A DNA stretch of 64,000 nucleotides from Bacteroidales bacterium (GCA_016715075.1 JADKBK010000008.1:110558-174557); one strand, 5' to 3'. Shown: positions 9,963 to 20,027, counted from the first letter of the stretch. Notes: generated by a model not told the origin, from the sequence alone. Numbers and translations: made by a program.

Positions 9963-11582
9963 ATGAGGAAAATATTTAGAAAGCTGTTTAACCTGATAAT
10001 ATTCCTGAGTGTCTTCCACTTGACGATAGATGCCCAAAATCAATATACAGGTTATAACTCTATGGTTAACAGGATCCGGGCTCTCTCTGATAAGTACCCC
10101 AAGGCATGTTCCGTCAGATCACTGATTAAAACAGAGGGAGGAAAGGAGATATGGTTAATCACGATCGGATCGGGAAAAATGGATTCCAAACCCGGTATTG
10201 TAATAGCCGGAGGAGTGGAAGGAAGACATATTCTGGGAAGGGAGCTCGCCCTTGGAATGGCTTCTTCACTCTTAAAGGAATCGTCTTCTGTTGAAGTAAA
10301 AGAGCTTCTTGATAAAATAACTTTCTATATTTTGCCCGATTTAAGTCCCGATGCTTCGGAACAGTTCTTTTCTGAGATGAAGTATGAGAGGACCGGCAAC
10401 GCAAGGGCTACAGATGAGGATCATGATTTTGTGACAGATGAAGACGGATTTGAGGATCTTAATAAAGATGGTCTGATAACCCTGGTAAGAGTCGAAGACC
10501 CGGCCGGAAAATTCATAAAAAGCAGTGAAGACGATCGCATTATGGCTGAGGCAGATCTTTCTAAAGGGCAATCAGGTAAATATCTTGTCTTTTCTGAGGG
10601 GATCGATAATGATAAGGACGGAAACTTCAATGAAGACGGACCGGGTGGTGTTGATTTCAACCGTAATTTTACCTTCAATTATGAATCGTTCGGACCTGAA
10701 TCAGGAATGTATCCGGTATCTGAACCTGAAACCAGGGCTGCAGCTGATTTTCTCTTTGACAGATACAATGTATATGCTGTATTGACATTCGGTCCTCAGG
10801 ATAATCTCGGGGAGCCTTTGAAATCTGCATCAGGCGGTGAAAAGAACGGGATCATCAAATCAATTCTGAAGGAGGATGAAGCTCTTAATAAACTTCTATC
10901 AGATAAATATCACGAAATCACAGGAATGACAGGGGCCCCTCCATCAACAAAGAGAAAAGGAGATTTTTTTGAATGGGCTTATTTTCATTACGGAAGATAT
11001 AGTTTCAGCACCCCTGGTTGGTGGTTCAGCGCCGAAAAAGATAAAAATGACGAGGTGGCATTCCTTAAATATGCTGAAAAGAATGGGAAGGGTGATGCTT
11101 TTATCCCATGGACTCCTGTTATTCATCCGGATTTTCCGGGGAAGAAAGCAGAAGTCGGAGGTATTAAGCCATTTATTTTGACAAACCCGCTGGCAGACTC
11201 TCTGGATGTCATTATAATGAGAAATTACAATTTCATTAAGGCTGTTGCCTCCATGCATCCTGAACTTGAATTCCTTGATATTAATGTTGAAAATCAGGGG
11301 GAAGGGATTCAAAGGATTTCACTCAAACTGCACAACAGCGGAATTTTTGCAACCAGTCCGAAGATCGGAGAAGAGAATATGTGGACCAGAGTGATGAGAA
11401 TAACTGCAGAGACATCAGACGGACAAAGCATTATAAGCGGTCAGAAAGTTCAAAAGGTGGAACGGCTGGAAGGCAATCAGTCTGCAGAATTCAGTTGGCT
11501 CATAAGCGGAAAGGGATCTGTTAAGATTACTGCCGGAGCCCTGAATACAGGAACAGTATCTACGACTATTGAACTCAGGTAA
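9963..11582 (+). CDS. M14 carboxypeptidase-like protein, probably non-catalytic paralog (zinc-ligand motif altered)
   Basis: Signal peptide. Collinear similarity to the downstream M14 protein, including the D-rich inserts (DEDHDFVTDEDGFEDLNKDG, DNDKDGNFNEDGPGG). Where the paralog has HSVE this protein has EGRH (10218-10229), and FGPQ replaces FHNY. Confidence 0.75.
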   Translation: MRKIFRKLFNLIIFLSVFHLTIDAQNQYTGYNSMVNRIRALSDKYPKACSVRSLIKTEGGKEIWLITIGSGKMDSKPGIVIAGGVEGRHILGRELALGMASSLLKESSSVEVKELLDKITFYILPDLSPDASEQFFSEMKYERTGNARATDEDHDFVTDEDGFEDLNKDGLITLVRVEDPAGKFIKSSEDDRIMAEADLSKGQSGKYLVFSEGIDNDKDGNFNEDGPGGVDFNRNFTFNYESFGPESGMYPVSEPETRAAADFLFDRYNVYAVLTFGPQDNLGEPLKSASGGEKNGIIKSILKEDEALNKLLSDKYHEITGMTGAPPSTKRKGDFFEWAYFHYGRYSFSTPGWWFSAEKDKNDEVAFLKYAEKNGKGDAFIPWTPVIHPDFPGKKAEVGGIKPFILTNPLADSLDVIIMRNYNFIKAVASMHPELEFLDINVENQGEGIQRISLKLHNSGIFATSPKIGEENMWTRVMRITAETSDGQSIISGQKVQKVERLEGNQSAEFSWLISGKGSVKITAGALNTGTVSTTIELR

Positions 11583-11607
11583 AAATTAACAGATCAAATC
11601 CTCACCG

Positions 11608-13329
11608 ATGAAAAAGATATTTTCGACAGCCGTCATTCTTGTATTTTCACTGTTACTGCCGGTAGTTCTAATGGCTCAGAATGAAGAAATGTTTTACAGG
11701 GCGGCAGGGTCTCCTGAGAATCCGAAGATCCAGACCTCCTGGAATAAGTACTACACCAACCAGGGAATTGCTGACCTATGCAAAAAGCTGGTAAAGGCCT
11801 ATCCCGGTCTTGTCACAATGGAAACGGCTGGTAAATCCTACCAGGGCCGTGATATTATTGTACTCACAATTACCGACAGGCAGACAGGCAAACCTGAACA
11901 AAAACCAGGTTTCTGGATTGACGGCAATATTCACTCTGTAGAGCTCCAGGGAAGCGAAATGGCGCTATATACTGCCTGGTACCTGTGTGAAATGTATAAT
12001 GACAATGCCTTCATAAAGCAATTACTGAAGGATAAGACCTTTTATATTGCCCCTACAATCAATCCTGATGCAAGGGAATACTTTACATCAGTCGGACTTC
12101 CTCCCAGATCAGGGCTGGTACCTACAGATAATGACCGCGATGGTCTTTTTGATGAGGACGGCTTTGATGATCTTAACAACGATAAGAATATCAATCAGAT
12201 GAGGAGGAAAAACCCTCATGGTGATTACAAGGTCGATCCAAAGAATCCCCGCAGGCTCATTCATGTTGAACCTGGAGAGAAGGGCGAATATGAATTTCTC
12301 GGACCAGAGGGGATAGACAATGACGGTGACGGGCTGGTAAATGAGGATGGTCCCGGCGGATACGATGGAAACCGAGACTGGGGATTCAACTGGCAGCCTG
12401 AATATATTCAGGGTGGAGCAGGTAAATATCCGTTTTCACTTCCTGAAAATAATGCTGTAAGGGATTTTGTAATGAAGCACAGGAACATCACAGGGGCACA
12501 ATCTTTTCATAATTACGGGGGAATGATTCTGAGAGGGCCCTCATTAAAGGAGGGTGGAGCGGAAATCTATACTGATGAGGACGAGGAGGTGATAAACTCT
12601 ATCGGCAAAAAAGGAGAACTGATATTGCCAGGTTATAAACTGCTAACTCTCTGGAAGGATCTTTATCCTGTTTTTGGAGGGGAACTCGACTGGTGGTATG
12701 GTGCTATGGGCTGTTTTGTCTATTCGAATGAACTATGGAACAGTTACCTGATGTTTTATGACACCACCAAAAACGACCCCTATGAGTTTGATAAGCTGTT
12801 GCTGTTCGAAGATGCCTTCATTCCCTGGCAAAAAGTCAGCCATCCGGTATACGGAGAGATTGAAGTAGGAGGTTTCGGGAAGAATTTCGGCAGGCTTCAT
12901 CCCGGCTTTATGCTGGAAACTGATGCTCACCGTAATGCAGCCTTCTGTATTTACAATGCCTTTCAGTCGCCAAAGCTGGAAATAACTGATGTTAAGGTCA
13001 GAAAAATTCCAGGTGGTCTGCAGGAGGTAACGGCAACAATTGAGAATACCCGGATGTTACCAACTCACTCAGGCAATAATCTGAAATTTAAAATTGATCC
13101 GCCAGATTATATTTCCCTTGAAGGTGGAACAGTTATTGCTGGTATGATCGTTGAGGATAAGGATAATAACATCAACAGGGAGCAGAAGAAAAATCCCGGA
13201 CGCCTTGAAATCAGGAATATTCCGGGATATAGTCATGTTGATGTCAAATGGATCGTAAAAGGTAGTGGAAATTACGCTATTAAGGCTGAAAGTGTAAAGG
13301 GTGGAGTGACCTCCTTTAAGGTTCTTTAA
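11608..13329 (+). CDS. M14 family zinc carboxypeptidase with Ca-binding-like D-x-D-x-D inserts
   Basis: Signal peptide. HxxE zinc motif WIDGNIHSVE (H-S-V-E at 11932-11943) and a later SFHNYGG. Inserts DNDRDGLFDEDGFDDLNND and DNDGDGLVNEDGPGG. Confidence 0.85.
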   Translation: MKKIFSTAVILVFSLLLPVVLMAQNEEMFYRAAGSPENPKIQTSWNKYYTNQGIADLCKKLVKAYPGLVTMETAGKSYQGRDIIVLTITDRQTGKPEQKPGFWIDGNIHSVELQGSEMALYTAWYLCEMYNDNAFIKQLLKDKTFYIAPTINPDAREYFTSVGLPPRSGLVPTDNDRDGLFDEDGFDDLNNDKNINQMRRKNPHGDYKVDPKNPRRLIHVEPGEKGEYEFLGPEGIDNDGDGLVNEDGPGGYDGNRDWGFNWQPEYIQGGAGKYPFSLPENNAVRDFVMKHRNITGAQSFHNYGGMILRGPSLKEGGAEIYTDEDEEVINSIGKKGELILPGYKLLTLWKDLYPVFGGELDWWYGAMGCFVYSNELWNSYLMFYDTTKNDPYEFDKLLLFEDAFIPWQKVSHPVYGEIEVGGFGKNFGRLHPGFMLETDAHRNAAFCIYNAFQSPKLEITDVKVRKIPGGLQEVTATIENTRMLPTHSGNNLKFKIDPPDYISLEGGTVIAGMIVEDKDNNINREQKKNPGRLEIRNIPGYSHVDVKWIVKGSGNYAIKAESVKGGVTSFKVL

Positions 13330-13345
13330 TTTTTCAATAGACTCA

Positions 13346-14044
13346 TTAATAAGCCTGAAGAGAAATTTTAAAATATCCTGTTGCTTTATTTGATGAAATA
13401 ACAAATTTCCAGGCCCCTGCCTTGTCCTGATTCTCAGTCTCGGAGATTGAGAATGACTTTCTCCAGTTCAGATTCCCGAATTCGTCAATCACAACATCCG
13501 AATAGGTTTTGCCGCTGGGCATAACGATCTTGATCCTGATCTCCCCTGCCTTGCAGTCACCCATCACAGCCATCACTACTGAATTTGCTGTTTTTTCAAC
13601 ATCAAAAGTATACTCGCTTTTTAGTGTTTTTTCCTTTACTCTCCTGGAGAATTCCCATGATGTACTCTCATTGTCACCATCAAATGAATGGAAGTAGAAT
13701 GGCTCATTTATCCCGGTAAAGACATCTGGCTCTTCAAAACGGAAGGATCTGTCAATTCTTTTCACATGTGCCCTGACTGCTTTATCTGCAATGTCAGAAG
13801 CTTCCACTTCAACCTCAACATTAATACTGTCAAGTGCTTCCTGTGCGTGCTGGAGCTGCTGTAAGGCATCTTCCTGTGCTCTCTTCTGATCTGCCATTGA
13901 TTTTTTCTGCTCATCAATGGTCTTCTGTATCCTTATCTCCTTCTCCTGCTCCTCTTTGGTTTTATCCTGGGCATTAACCTGCTGCAGTGAAGAAGCAGAT
14001 GCAAGAAGGAAAATTACAATTAAAAACAAAACTGATCTTTTCAT
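13346..14044 (-). CDS. Secreted hypothetical protein (signal peptide, K/E/Q-rich coiled-coil-like segment)
   Basis: The ORF-track start at 14110 is unlikely. The internal MKRSVLFLIVIFLLASASSLQQVNA is a classical signal peptide, so I call the start at 14044. Confidence 0.6.
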   Translation of the reverse strand: MKRSVLFLIVIFLLASASSLQQVNAQDKTKEEQEKEIRIQKTIDEQKKSMADQKRAQEDALQQLQHAQEALDSINVEVEVEASDIADKAVRAHVKRIDRSFRFEEPDVFTGINEPFYFHSFDGDNESTSWEFSRRVKEKTLKSEYTFDVEKTANSVVMAVMGDCKAGEIRIKIVMPSGKTYSDVVIDEFGNLNWRKSFSISETENQDKAGAWKFVISSNKATGYFKISLQAY

Positions 14045-14102
14045 GGTTGTCGTTTTTTTGAATTTTATATTGTAAAGATACACCCCGGTTCTTCTGCCTA
14101 TT

Positions 14103-14130
14103 GTTAACACCGGGTTAACATCAGGTTAAT
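14103..14130. promoter_or_regulatory. Three direct GTTAAC/GTTAAC/GTTAAT repeats with exact 11-bp phasing; candidate response-regulator operator
   Basis: GTTAAC at 14103 and 14114, GTTAAT at 14125. Lies in the divergent spacer 60-90 nt upstream of the histidine kinase start. Confidence 0.35.
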
Positions 14131-14166
14131 GTTGGATCACCGCTGACTATCTAAGAATAAAATGAA

Positions 14167-14174
14167 TAAATTTG
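14167..14174 (+). promoter_or_regulatory. -7 box-like TAAATTTG upstream of the histidine kinase
   Basis: Matches TAnnTTTG, but sits only 18 nt from the ATG at 14192. Confidence 0.3.
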
Positions 14175-14191
14175 AGGTGCAAAGATAAACT

Positions 14192-15235
14192 ATGAAGAAG
14201 AAAAATACCGTTTTACTCCTCGGGATCATTTCCATCCTCATCCTGATCTCTGTCCAGGCTTTTATAATAAAAGGCATCTGGAAACAGAAGGATGAGATGT
14301 TTGTCCTGAGATATACTTTGCGGTCGCAACAGGCGCTAAATTTTATTAACAGCCGGGTTCCTGACTTAGGTTTTGATACAGTCCGTTTCATTCTTGACAA
14401 GTATTCTGACAAGGCCGTAAACGACCTGAATGCAGTCAGCGATTCATCAGAACTTGAAGGAAAGAAGAAAGAGATCTTTGATTTTTTCACTCAGGTTCTG
14501 AATAATGAACAGGATCTTTCAGGTTTGCTCTCGGGATATTTCGAAAGAAGGGGATTTGAGAAGAAATTCAATTTCAGTATAATAATTCACAACCTTGAGC
14601 TAATAGGCAATGACACCATAATCGTATATCACAGCCAGGATTTCAATAACCGGCAGGTACAGGAGAGGTTCGGGAAGACGCCTCTGTCCGAATTGTCAAA
14701 ATCAATGATTCTTGTAAACGGATTCAGATGGGAAGACAATAATTACAGGTTGTTCTTTGAGTATTATATTGACTTCTCTGATAAGCAGATACTGCTTCTC
14801 AAAGAGACAGCCATGTCATTTGCGCTCAGCATCTTCAGCATCATTGTGGTAATAATAATTTTTATAGTCACATACAGGAATCTCAGGGAAGAAAAGAGGT
14901 TGTCGGATCTTAAGACAGACTTTATAAATAATATGACTCATGAACTAAAAACCCCATTATCGACGATAACGGTCGCCGGTAAAACCCTTGAGCTGGAACA
15001 GATAAGGAAAAATGATGAAAAAATACTTGAGACTGCAAAACTGATCGGGAAGCAGAGCATTCATCTTAACCAGCTCATAAATATGATCCTGGAGATAAGT
15101 ATGTGGGAAAGAACGCAATTTGAACTCGATAAAAAACCAGCAGATATTGAGGAAGTAATGGACGATATAATAGATTGTTTCCGGTCAGGTTGCGGAAACT
15201 GTGCATCAATTACCCAGGAAGTACAGCTTCAATGA
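14192..15235 (+). CDS. Sensor histidine kinase, N-terminal fragment (2 TM, HisKA); the gene is frameshifted
   Basis: H-box FINNMTHELKTPLSTI. The ORF ends inside the region that should link to the ATPase domain. Confidence 0.85.
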   Translation: MKKKNTVLLLGIISILILISVQAFIIKGIWKQKDEMFVLRYTLRSQQALNFINSRVPDLGFDTVRFILDKYSDKAVNDLNAVSDSSELEGKKKEIFDFFTQVLNNEQDLSGLLSGYFERRGFEKKFNFSIIIHNLELIGNDTIIVYHSQDFNNRQVQERFGKTPLSELSKSMILVNGFRWEDNNYRLFFEYYIDFSDKQILLLKETAMSFALSIFSIIVVIIIFIVTYRNLREEKRLSDLKTDFINNMTHELKTPLSTITVAGKTLELEQIRKNDEKILETAKLIGKQSIHLNQLINMILEISMWERTQFELDKKPADIEEVMDDIIDCFRSGCGNCASITQEVQLQ

Positions 15236-15584
15236 GATCAGGGTTGACCTGGATATTGTCTATTTTACCACTATGATAAATAATCTCCTTTCAAATGCAG
15301 TTAAATATTCGGACAGGGAGCCTGAAATAAACGTAGAAGGTTTCGTAAAAGATGGCAGAGTGTCTGTATCTGTCAGCGATAACGGAATAGGAATATCCAA
15401 ATCTGACCAGAGACATATCTTTGATAAATTCTACAGGGCTCAAACAGGCAATATCCATAAGTTCAAAGGACTGGGACTCGGGCTCTATTATGTCAAAAGA
15501 ATTGCACAGGCACATGGCGGTGACGTTACTGTCTCCAGCAAAACGGGCAGGGGAAGCACCTTTACAATAACAATACCTTATTAA
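15201..15584 (+). CDS. Sensor histidine kinase, C-terminal HATPase_c fragment
   Basis: N box NLLSNAVKYS, G1 DNGIGI, F box FDKFYR, G2 GLGLGLYYV. The frame is +1 relative to 14192..15235. Confidence 0.85.
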   Translation: MHQLPRKYSFNEIRVDLDIVYFTTMINNLLSNAVKYSDREPEINVEGFVKDGRVSVSVSDNGIGISKSDQRHIFDKFYRAQTGNIHKFKGLGLGLYYVKRIAQAHGGDVTVSSKTGRGSTFTITIPY

Positions 15585-15598
15585 AAATAAGTCAGTAT

Positions 15599-16285
15599 AT
15601 GAAAGTTTTAATAGCTGAAGACGACAGGGATTTTGGAAATATCCTGGCACAATATGTCAATATAAGCGGTTTTGAAGTTATACTCGGGAGGAATGGAAAT
15701 GAAGCATGGGATCTGTTCCGGAGTAATAAGCCTGATATCTGTGTTCTGGATATTATGATGCCTGAGATGGATGGATTTACTCTCGCTGAAAAAATCAAGG
15801 AACTGGATCCAGGCTTACCACTTATTTTCCTGACGGCAAAGAGCCTGAAGGAAGACATTGTGAGAGGACTGAAGATCGGCGCGGATGACTATATAACAAA
15901 ACCATTTGACCCCGAAGTATTGATCCTTCGTATCAATAATATTCTCAAACGCACCTATTCATCAGTGAATGACGAGTTTAAAATTTCGCAGACTCTTCTG
16001 AAATACAACACACTTGAGCTCATCTCTCCTGACACAAAAGTCAAGCTGACATTAAAAGAGGCTCAATTGCTGAAATACTTTATTATTAATAAGAATAAAA
16101 TTCTCGCCCGGGAGGATATCCTCACAGAAATATGGGGTGAGGACGACTATTTCCTGGGCAGGAGCATGGATGTTTTTATAAGCAGGCTCAGGAAATATGT
16201 GACCAGTGATAAACGTATTGACATCAGGACTGTCAGGGGCACCGGATTTATTCTTGAGGAGATCCCTGATCAGAACATATATTAA
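15599..16285 (+). CDS. OmpR/PhoB-family response regulator
   Basis: Receiver domain (DDRDF...DIMMPEMDG...LTAK) plus a winged-helix Trans_reg_C region (LTLKEAQLLKYF...RSMDVFISRLRKY...RTVRGTGF). Confidence 0.92.
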   Translation: MKVLIAEDDRDFGNILAQYVNISGFEVILGRNGNEAWDLFRSNKPDICVLDIMMPEMDGFTLAEKIKELDPGLPLIFLTAKSLKEDIVRGLKIGADDYITKPFDPEVLILRINNILKRTYSSVNDEFKISQTLLKYNTLELISPDTKVKLTLKEAQLLKYFIINKNKILAREDILTEIWGEDDYFLGRSMDVFISRLRKYVTSDKRIDIRTVRGTGFILEEIPDQNIY

Positions 16286-16305
16286 TAACTGCAGAACTGT
16301 GGTTA

Positions 16306-17415
16306 TTACTTTTTATCCAGGACCTCTTTGACTTTATTATAAAGATCAGCTCCTCTCAGGTTTTTTGCAATGATGATTCCATTTTCATCGATCAGAAAGT
16401 TGGAAGGAATTGAATAGACCATATATAACATAGCTGCCTCATTAGTTCCGGCCTTCAGGTCAGAAACATGTGTCCAGGTAAGTTTGTCGTCGGTGATTGC
16501 CTTTAACCACTCTTCCTTTTTATGGTCAAGTGAGACTCCGAGAATATCAAATCCTTTTTTATGAAATTCCTTATAGACCTTCACAACGTTTGGATTCTCC
16601 TCCCTGCAGGGATTGCACCATGCAGCCCAGAAATCGACAAGAAGCAATTTTGTGCCGATCTTTGAGGATAGGGAAACGGGTTTATCGTCTTTATCATTCA
16701 TTGTAAAATCAGGAGCTTTCTGACCGACTGAAACAGCTTTCATCCCTGCCAGTCTGCCTTTAAGTATTTTAACCTGTGGTAATGCAGCGACAGCTGTGTC
16801 CAGGTTATTGATAATCGATTCCAGCTCGTCTGGGGCCATCTCAAAGCTCAGACTTGACAGGATTGAAGGCGTAACATATGATGCAGGATTGTTCCTGACA
16901 AATTCCTTCTGCATCTTCATCATCTCCTTCTGAATTGAATCAGCCTGTTTTTCAATCTTTGCAAGCCTTGCAGCATTTTCGGTCTTTCTTGCAAGCTGGT
17001 ATTCCTGGTAAGTTTTGGTATACTCGTCACTTAATGCCTTATTGGATGCTATAAATCCGTTATACTCATCCTGTGTTTTTGATCCTGTAACTTTTGCATT
17101 ATACATTGAATCCAGGGTACCGGTAATTGATATTTCCGAGTTTTCAATATAAAACGGAATTCTTTTTCTTGTTTTACCTGCAACGAGCTGAACGAGTTGC
17201 GGATATTCAACAGCACCTCCTTTTATGGTAAATGAACCTTTTTTTGATACTACTGAATCCAATGTAATTGTCTTTCCGGCATCTCTTTTCTGCAAATAGA
17301 TTATAATACTGTCAGACCCCTCGATCTTACCTTTTATAACATAATGAGGTTTGGGTGTTGAAGTACAGGAAATAAAAACAGGAATAATTAGAAACAGGTA
17401 AATGCTTTTTTTCAT
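16306..17415 (-). CDS. TlpA/AhpC-family thiol:disulfide oxidoreductase lipoprotein with an N-terminal DUF4369-like domain
   Basis: Lipobox FISCTS. Thioredoxin-fold motif DFWAAWCNPC. Confidence 0.85.
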   Translation of the reverse strand: MKKSIYLFLIIPVFISCTSTPKPHYVIKGKIEGSDSIIIYLQKRDAGKTITLDSVVSKKGSFTIKGGAVEYPQLVQLVAGKTRKRIPFYIENSEISITGTLDSMYNAKVTGSKTQDEYNGFIASNKALSDEYTKTYQEYQLARKTENAARLAKIEKQADSIQKEMMKMQKEFVRNNPASYVTPSILSSLSFEMAPDELESIINNLDTAVAALPQVKILKGRLAGMKAVSVGQKAPDFTMNDKDDKPVSLSSKIGTKLLLVDFWAAWCNPCREENPNVVKVYKEFHKKGFDILGVSLDHKKEEWLKAITDDKLTWTHVSDLKAGTNEAAMLYMVYSIPSNFLIDENGIIIAKNLRGADLYNKVKEVLDKK

Positions 17416-17483
17416 ATTTAATAGTTTGAATTTGATACGTATTTAATAATCCGCGCAAAGATAATAATATCTGATTATGATCG

Positions 17484-18572
17484 TCACCTTTTAAAATACA
17501 GGTCAAGCAGCTTAATAGCAGCCATATAGGATGTGATCTTACCTTCATAAAGCTGCTGTTCAATTTCAGGTCTTAGTTGTTTTACATCATCCTGGTTATA
17601 GAAAGAATTGTTCAGGCAATCAATTATCATGCTGTCCATTCTGACTACCGCCTGCTTCTTCCTGAATTCATCAAAATGGCCTGATTTTTTAGTCAGGTTA
17701 AAATATAACAGAATGAGATCCCACAGTTCCCTGATCCCTGAATTTTCGAGCGCTGAACATGTAAGAACCTGCGGTTTCCATCCGGGAGTCCTTGAGGTGA
17801 ACAGGCGAAGAGCGTTCTGGTAGGAGACCCTGGCTCCTTCGGCAATTTGTCTGTTTTGGCCATCAGCTTTGGTAATTGCGATCAGATCTGCCATTTCCAT
17901 GATTCCGCGCTTTATACCCTGTAGTTCATCGCCGGCACCGGCCAGCATCAGCAAAAGGAAGAAATCAACCATTGAATCTACAGCTGTTTCAGACTGACCC
18001 ACCCCTACTGTTTCGACGATAATTGTATTAAAGCCTGCTGCTTCACACAGAATAATTGATTCCCTTGTCTTTCTTGCAACTCCTCCAAGCGAACCTGCTG
18101 ACGGTGATGGCCTGATAAAGGCTGATGGGTGAACGCTGAGCTTTTCCATCCTTGTCTTGTCTCCAAGGATACTTCCTCTTGTATGTTCGCTGCTGGGATC
18201 GATTGTAAGAACTGCCAGCTGTCTTCCTTCGCCGGTTATATGCAAGCCGAAGGTTTCAATGAAGGTGCTTTTCCCTGCTCCCGGCACTCCGGTTATTCCT
18301 ATTCTTATTGATTCAGCGCTGAATGGCAGACATTTTTCAATTATAGCCTGTGCCATTTCATAATGCTCAGGCAGTGAGCTTTCCACAAGCGTAATTGCCT
18401 GGCTCAGGATTGTTCTGTTCCCGGCAAGGATGGCCTCAACATATTCCTCTTCGGTATATCTCTTCCTCTTTTTCCTGACAGATCTGCCAAAAACATCCGG
18501 ATTAACGCTTGGAGGCTGCTTTATTCCGGCATTTACCCTAAGGGCAGAGCTATAATGTTTTTTCTCATCCAT
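17484..18572 (-). CDS. meaB: Methylmalonyl-CoA mutase-associated GTPase MeaB (ArgK/LAO transport ATPase family)
   Basis: P-loop GITGVPGAGKSTFIE, ETVGVGQSE, and the ITKADG G4-like motif. Confidence 0.9.
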   Translation of the reverse strand: MDEKKHYSSALRVNAGIKQPPSVNPDVFGRSVRKKRKRYTEEEYVEAILAGNRTILSQAITLVESSLPEHYEMAQAIIEKCLPFSAESIRIGITGVPGAGKSTFIETFGLHITGEGRQLAVLTIDPSSEHTRGSILGDKTRMEKLSVHPSAFIRPSPSAGSLGGVARKTRESIILCEAAGFNTIIVETVGVGQSETAVDSMVDFFLLLMLAGAGDELQGIKRGIMEMADLIAITKADGQNRQIAEGARVSYQNALRLFTSRTPGWKPQVLTCSALENSGIRELWDLILLYFNLTKKSGHFDEFRKKQAVVRMDSMIIDCLNNSFYNQDDVKQLRPEIEQQLYEGKITSYMAAIKLLDLYFKR

Positions 18573-18656
18573 CGATCAGCAGTAAAACTATCGTAAAAAT
18601 AAGAAAGGGTGCCGGATAATCACCTGACACCCCAATAGAATAAAATATCTTTTTTA

Positions 18657-19757
18657 CTATTTTGTGGTTTCAGGCTGCTCAACGTCTGCGCTCACCATCA
18701 GGACAACCTCTGAATTCTTAGGATCATTTGTATAAACATAGATTGCCTTGGTTACTTTTCCTTTATAGCTGCCGGAGTTGAATGTAGCTTTAATTGAGCT
18801 TGATTGTCCGGCTTTAATGCCAACACCCTGATTGCCCTGCTGAACTGCTGTGCAGCCGCAGGAAGCCCTTACATGTCTTAAGATGAGGTCACTCTTGCCT
18901 TCGTTGGTGAATTTGAATTCAATCTCGTTCTGGGTGGCACCTTTTATCTTACCGAGGTCCACAGTTGTGGAAGCGACTTTAAATATGGGTGCATTTTCGA
19001 GCTGATCTTTTGAGAGAGATGAAAAATCCTCTACAAGGTTCGCAGAGACATAATAATAGACATTTTCCTGTGGTACACCATTGAGGGAGATCTTTACCAT
19101 ATCATTTACATTACCCCATCCCGCGTTTTTATTTGCATCATAGGTTCCTTCAACCATGCCTTTCTGCCCTGGTTTAAGAGTCTCAGGATTGGATTTGAGT
19201 GCCAGATGTGCAGGCAGACCGGTAAACTCAACCTTTACAGGAGCATTTGAGGTATTAACCAGCTGCATGACCCTGATTTTCTTCTCTGTCTTCTTAATAT
19301 TGGTGAATGCCATATGGTTGCTTTCAAACCTGATTGCACCTACCGGAAAGGTAAATAACTCTTCAACTGTCTTTTCACGGGGGACAACCTCTCCTTTGAT
19401 CACCAGTACCACAACTTCCGGCTTTGTATTCGAATATACTGAGAGAGTCTTGTTAAATACTCCCGGTCGATCTTTGGGATCATAAGTAGCCGTAATCTTA
19501 CCTGTGCCACCCGATGGAATGGGCTGCTTGGTCCATCCTGGAGTTGTACAGCCGCATGAGGCCACAACATTCTGGATGACAAGCGGATCACTCCCGGCAT
19601 TTGTCACTATAAAATCATAAGATTGCGGGCCAGCATCCTCTTTGAACTTACCAAAATCATGTTCTGTTTCTAAAACTTTCATTTTTGTCACAGCGAATTG
19701 AGCATTTAAACCCAGACAAAAAGCAAGCAGAGGAATTAAAGAAAGATACTTTTTCAT
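18657..19757 (-). CDS. DUF1573 domain-containing secreted protein (two DUF1573-like modules)
   Basis: Signal peptide. The repeated signature ASCGCT occurs twice (VASCGCTTPGW, RASCGCTAVQ). Confidence 0.8.
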   Translation of the reverse strand: MKKYLSLIPLLAFCLGLNAQFAVTKMKVLETEHDFGKFKEDAGPQSYDFIVTNAGSDPLVIQNVVASCGCTTPGWTKQPIPSGGTGKITATYDPKDRPGVFNKTLSVYSNTKPEVVVLVIKGEVVPREKTVEELFTFPVGAIRFESNHMAFTNIKKTEKKIRVMQLVNTSNAPVKVEFTGLPAHLALKSNPETLKPGQKGMVEGTYDANKNAGWGNVNDMVKISLNGVPQENVYYYVSANLVEDFSSLSKDQLENAPIFKVASTTVDLGKIKGATQNEIEFKFTNEGKSDLILRHVRASCGCTAVQQGNQGVGIKAGQSSSIKATFNSGSYKGKVTKAIYVYTNDPKNSEVVLMVSADVEQPETTK

Positions 19758-19961
19758 ATCATTTATACTTTTAAAATATTGATGAATAATTTTATAATGG
19801 AATAATTTTGTTCATTTTTAAAATAAATGCAACAACATAACAATACCTTCCGGTTTTTGTTGATTATTATATACAAAAATCAGACCGGATTTGAATTTCA
19901 ACAAAGTCTGGTAAAAATAATAAAGTTTATCCTTTTTAGGTACTTTAAAACAGATTATCAC

Positions 19962-19969
19962 TAGTTTTG
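19962..19969 (+). promoter_or_regulatory. -7 box TAGTTTTG
   Basis: Matches TAnnTTTG, about 60 nt upstream of the 20028 ORF. Confidence 0.4.
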
Positions 19970-20027
19970 CGAACGGGACCATAATTTTTGGAACAGAATT
20001 TGAGGATTTCTAAATCCGGTCCACTTC

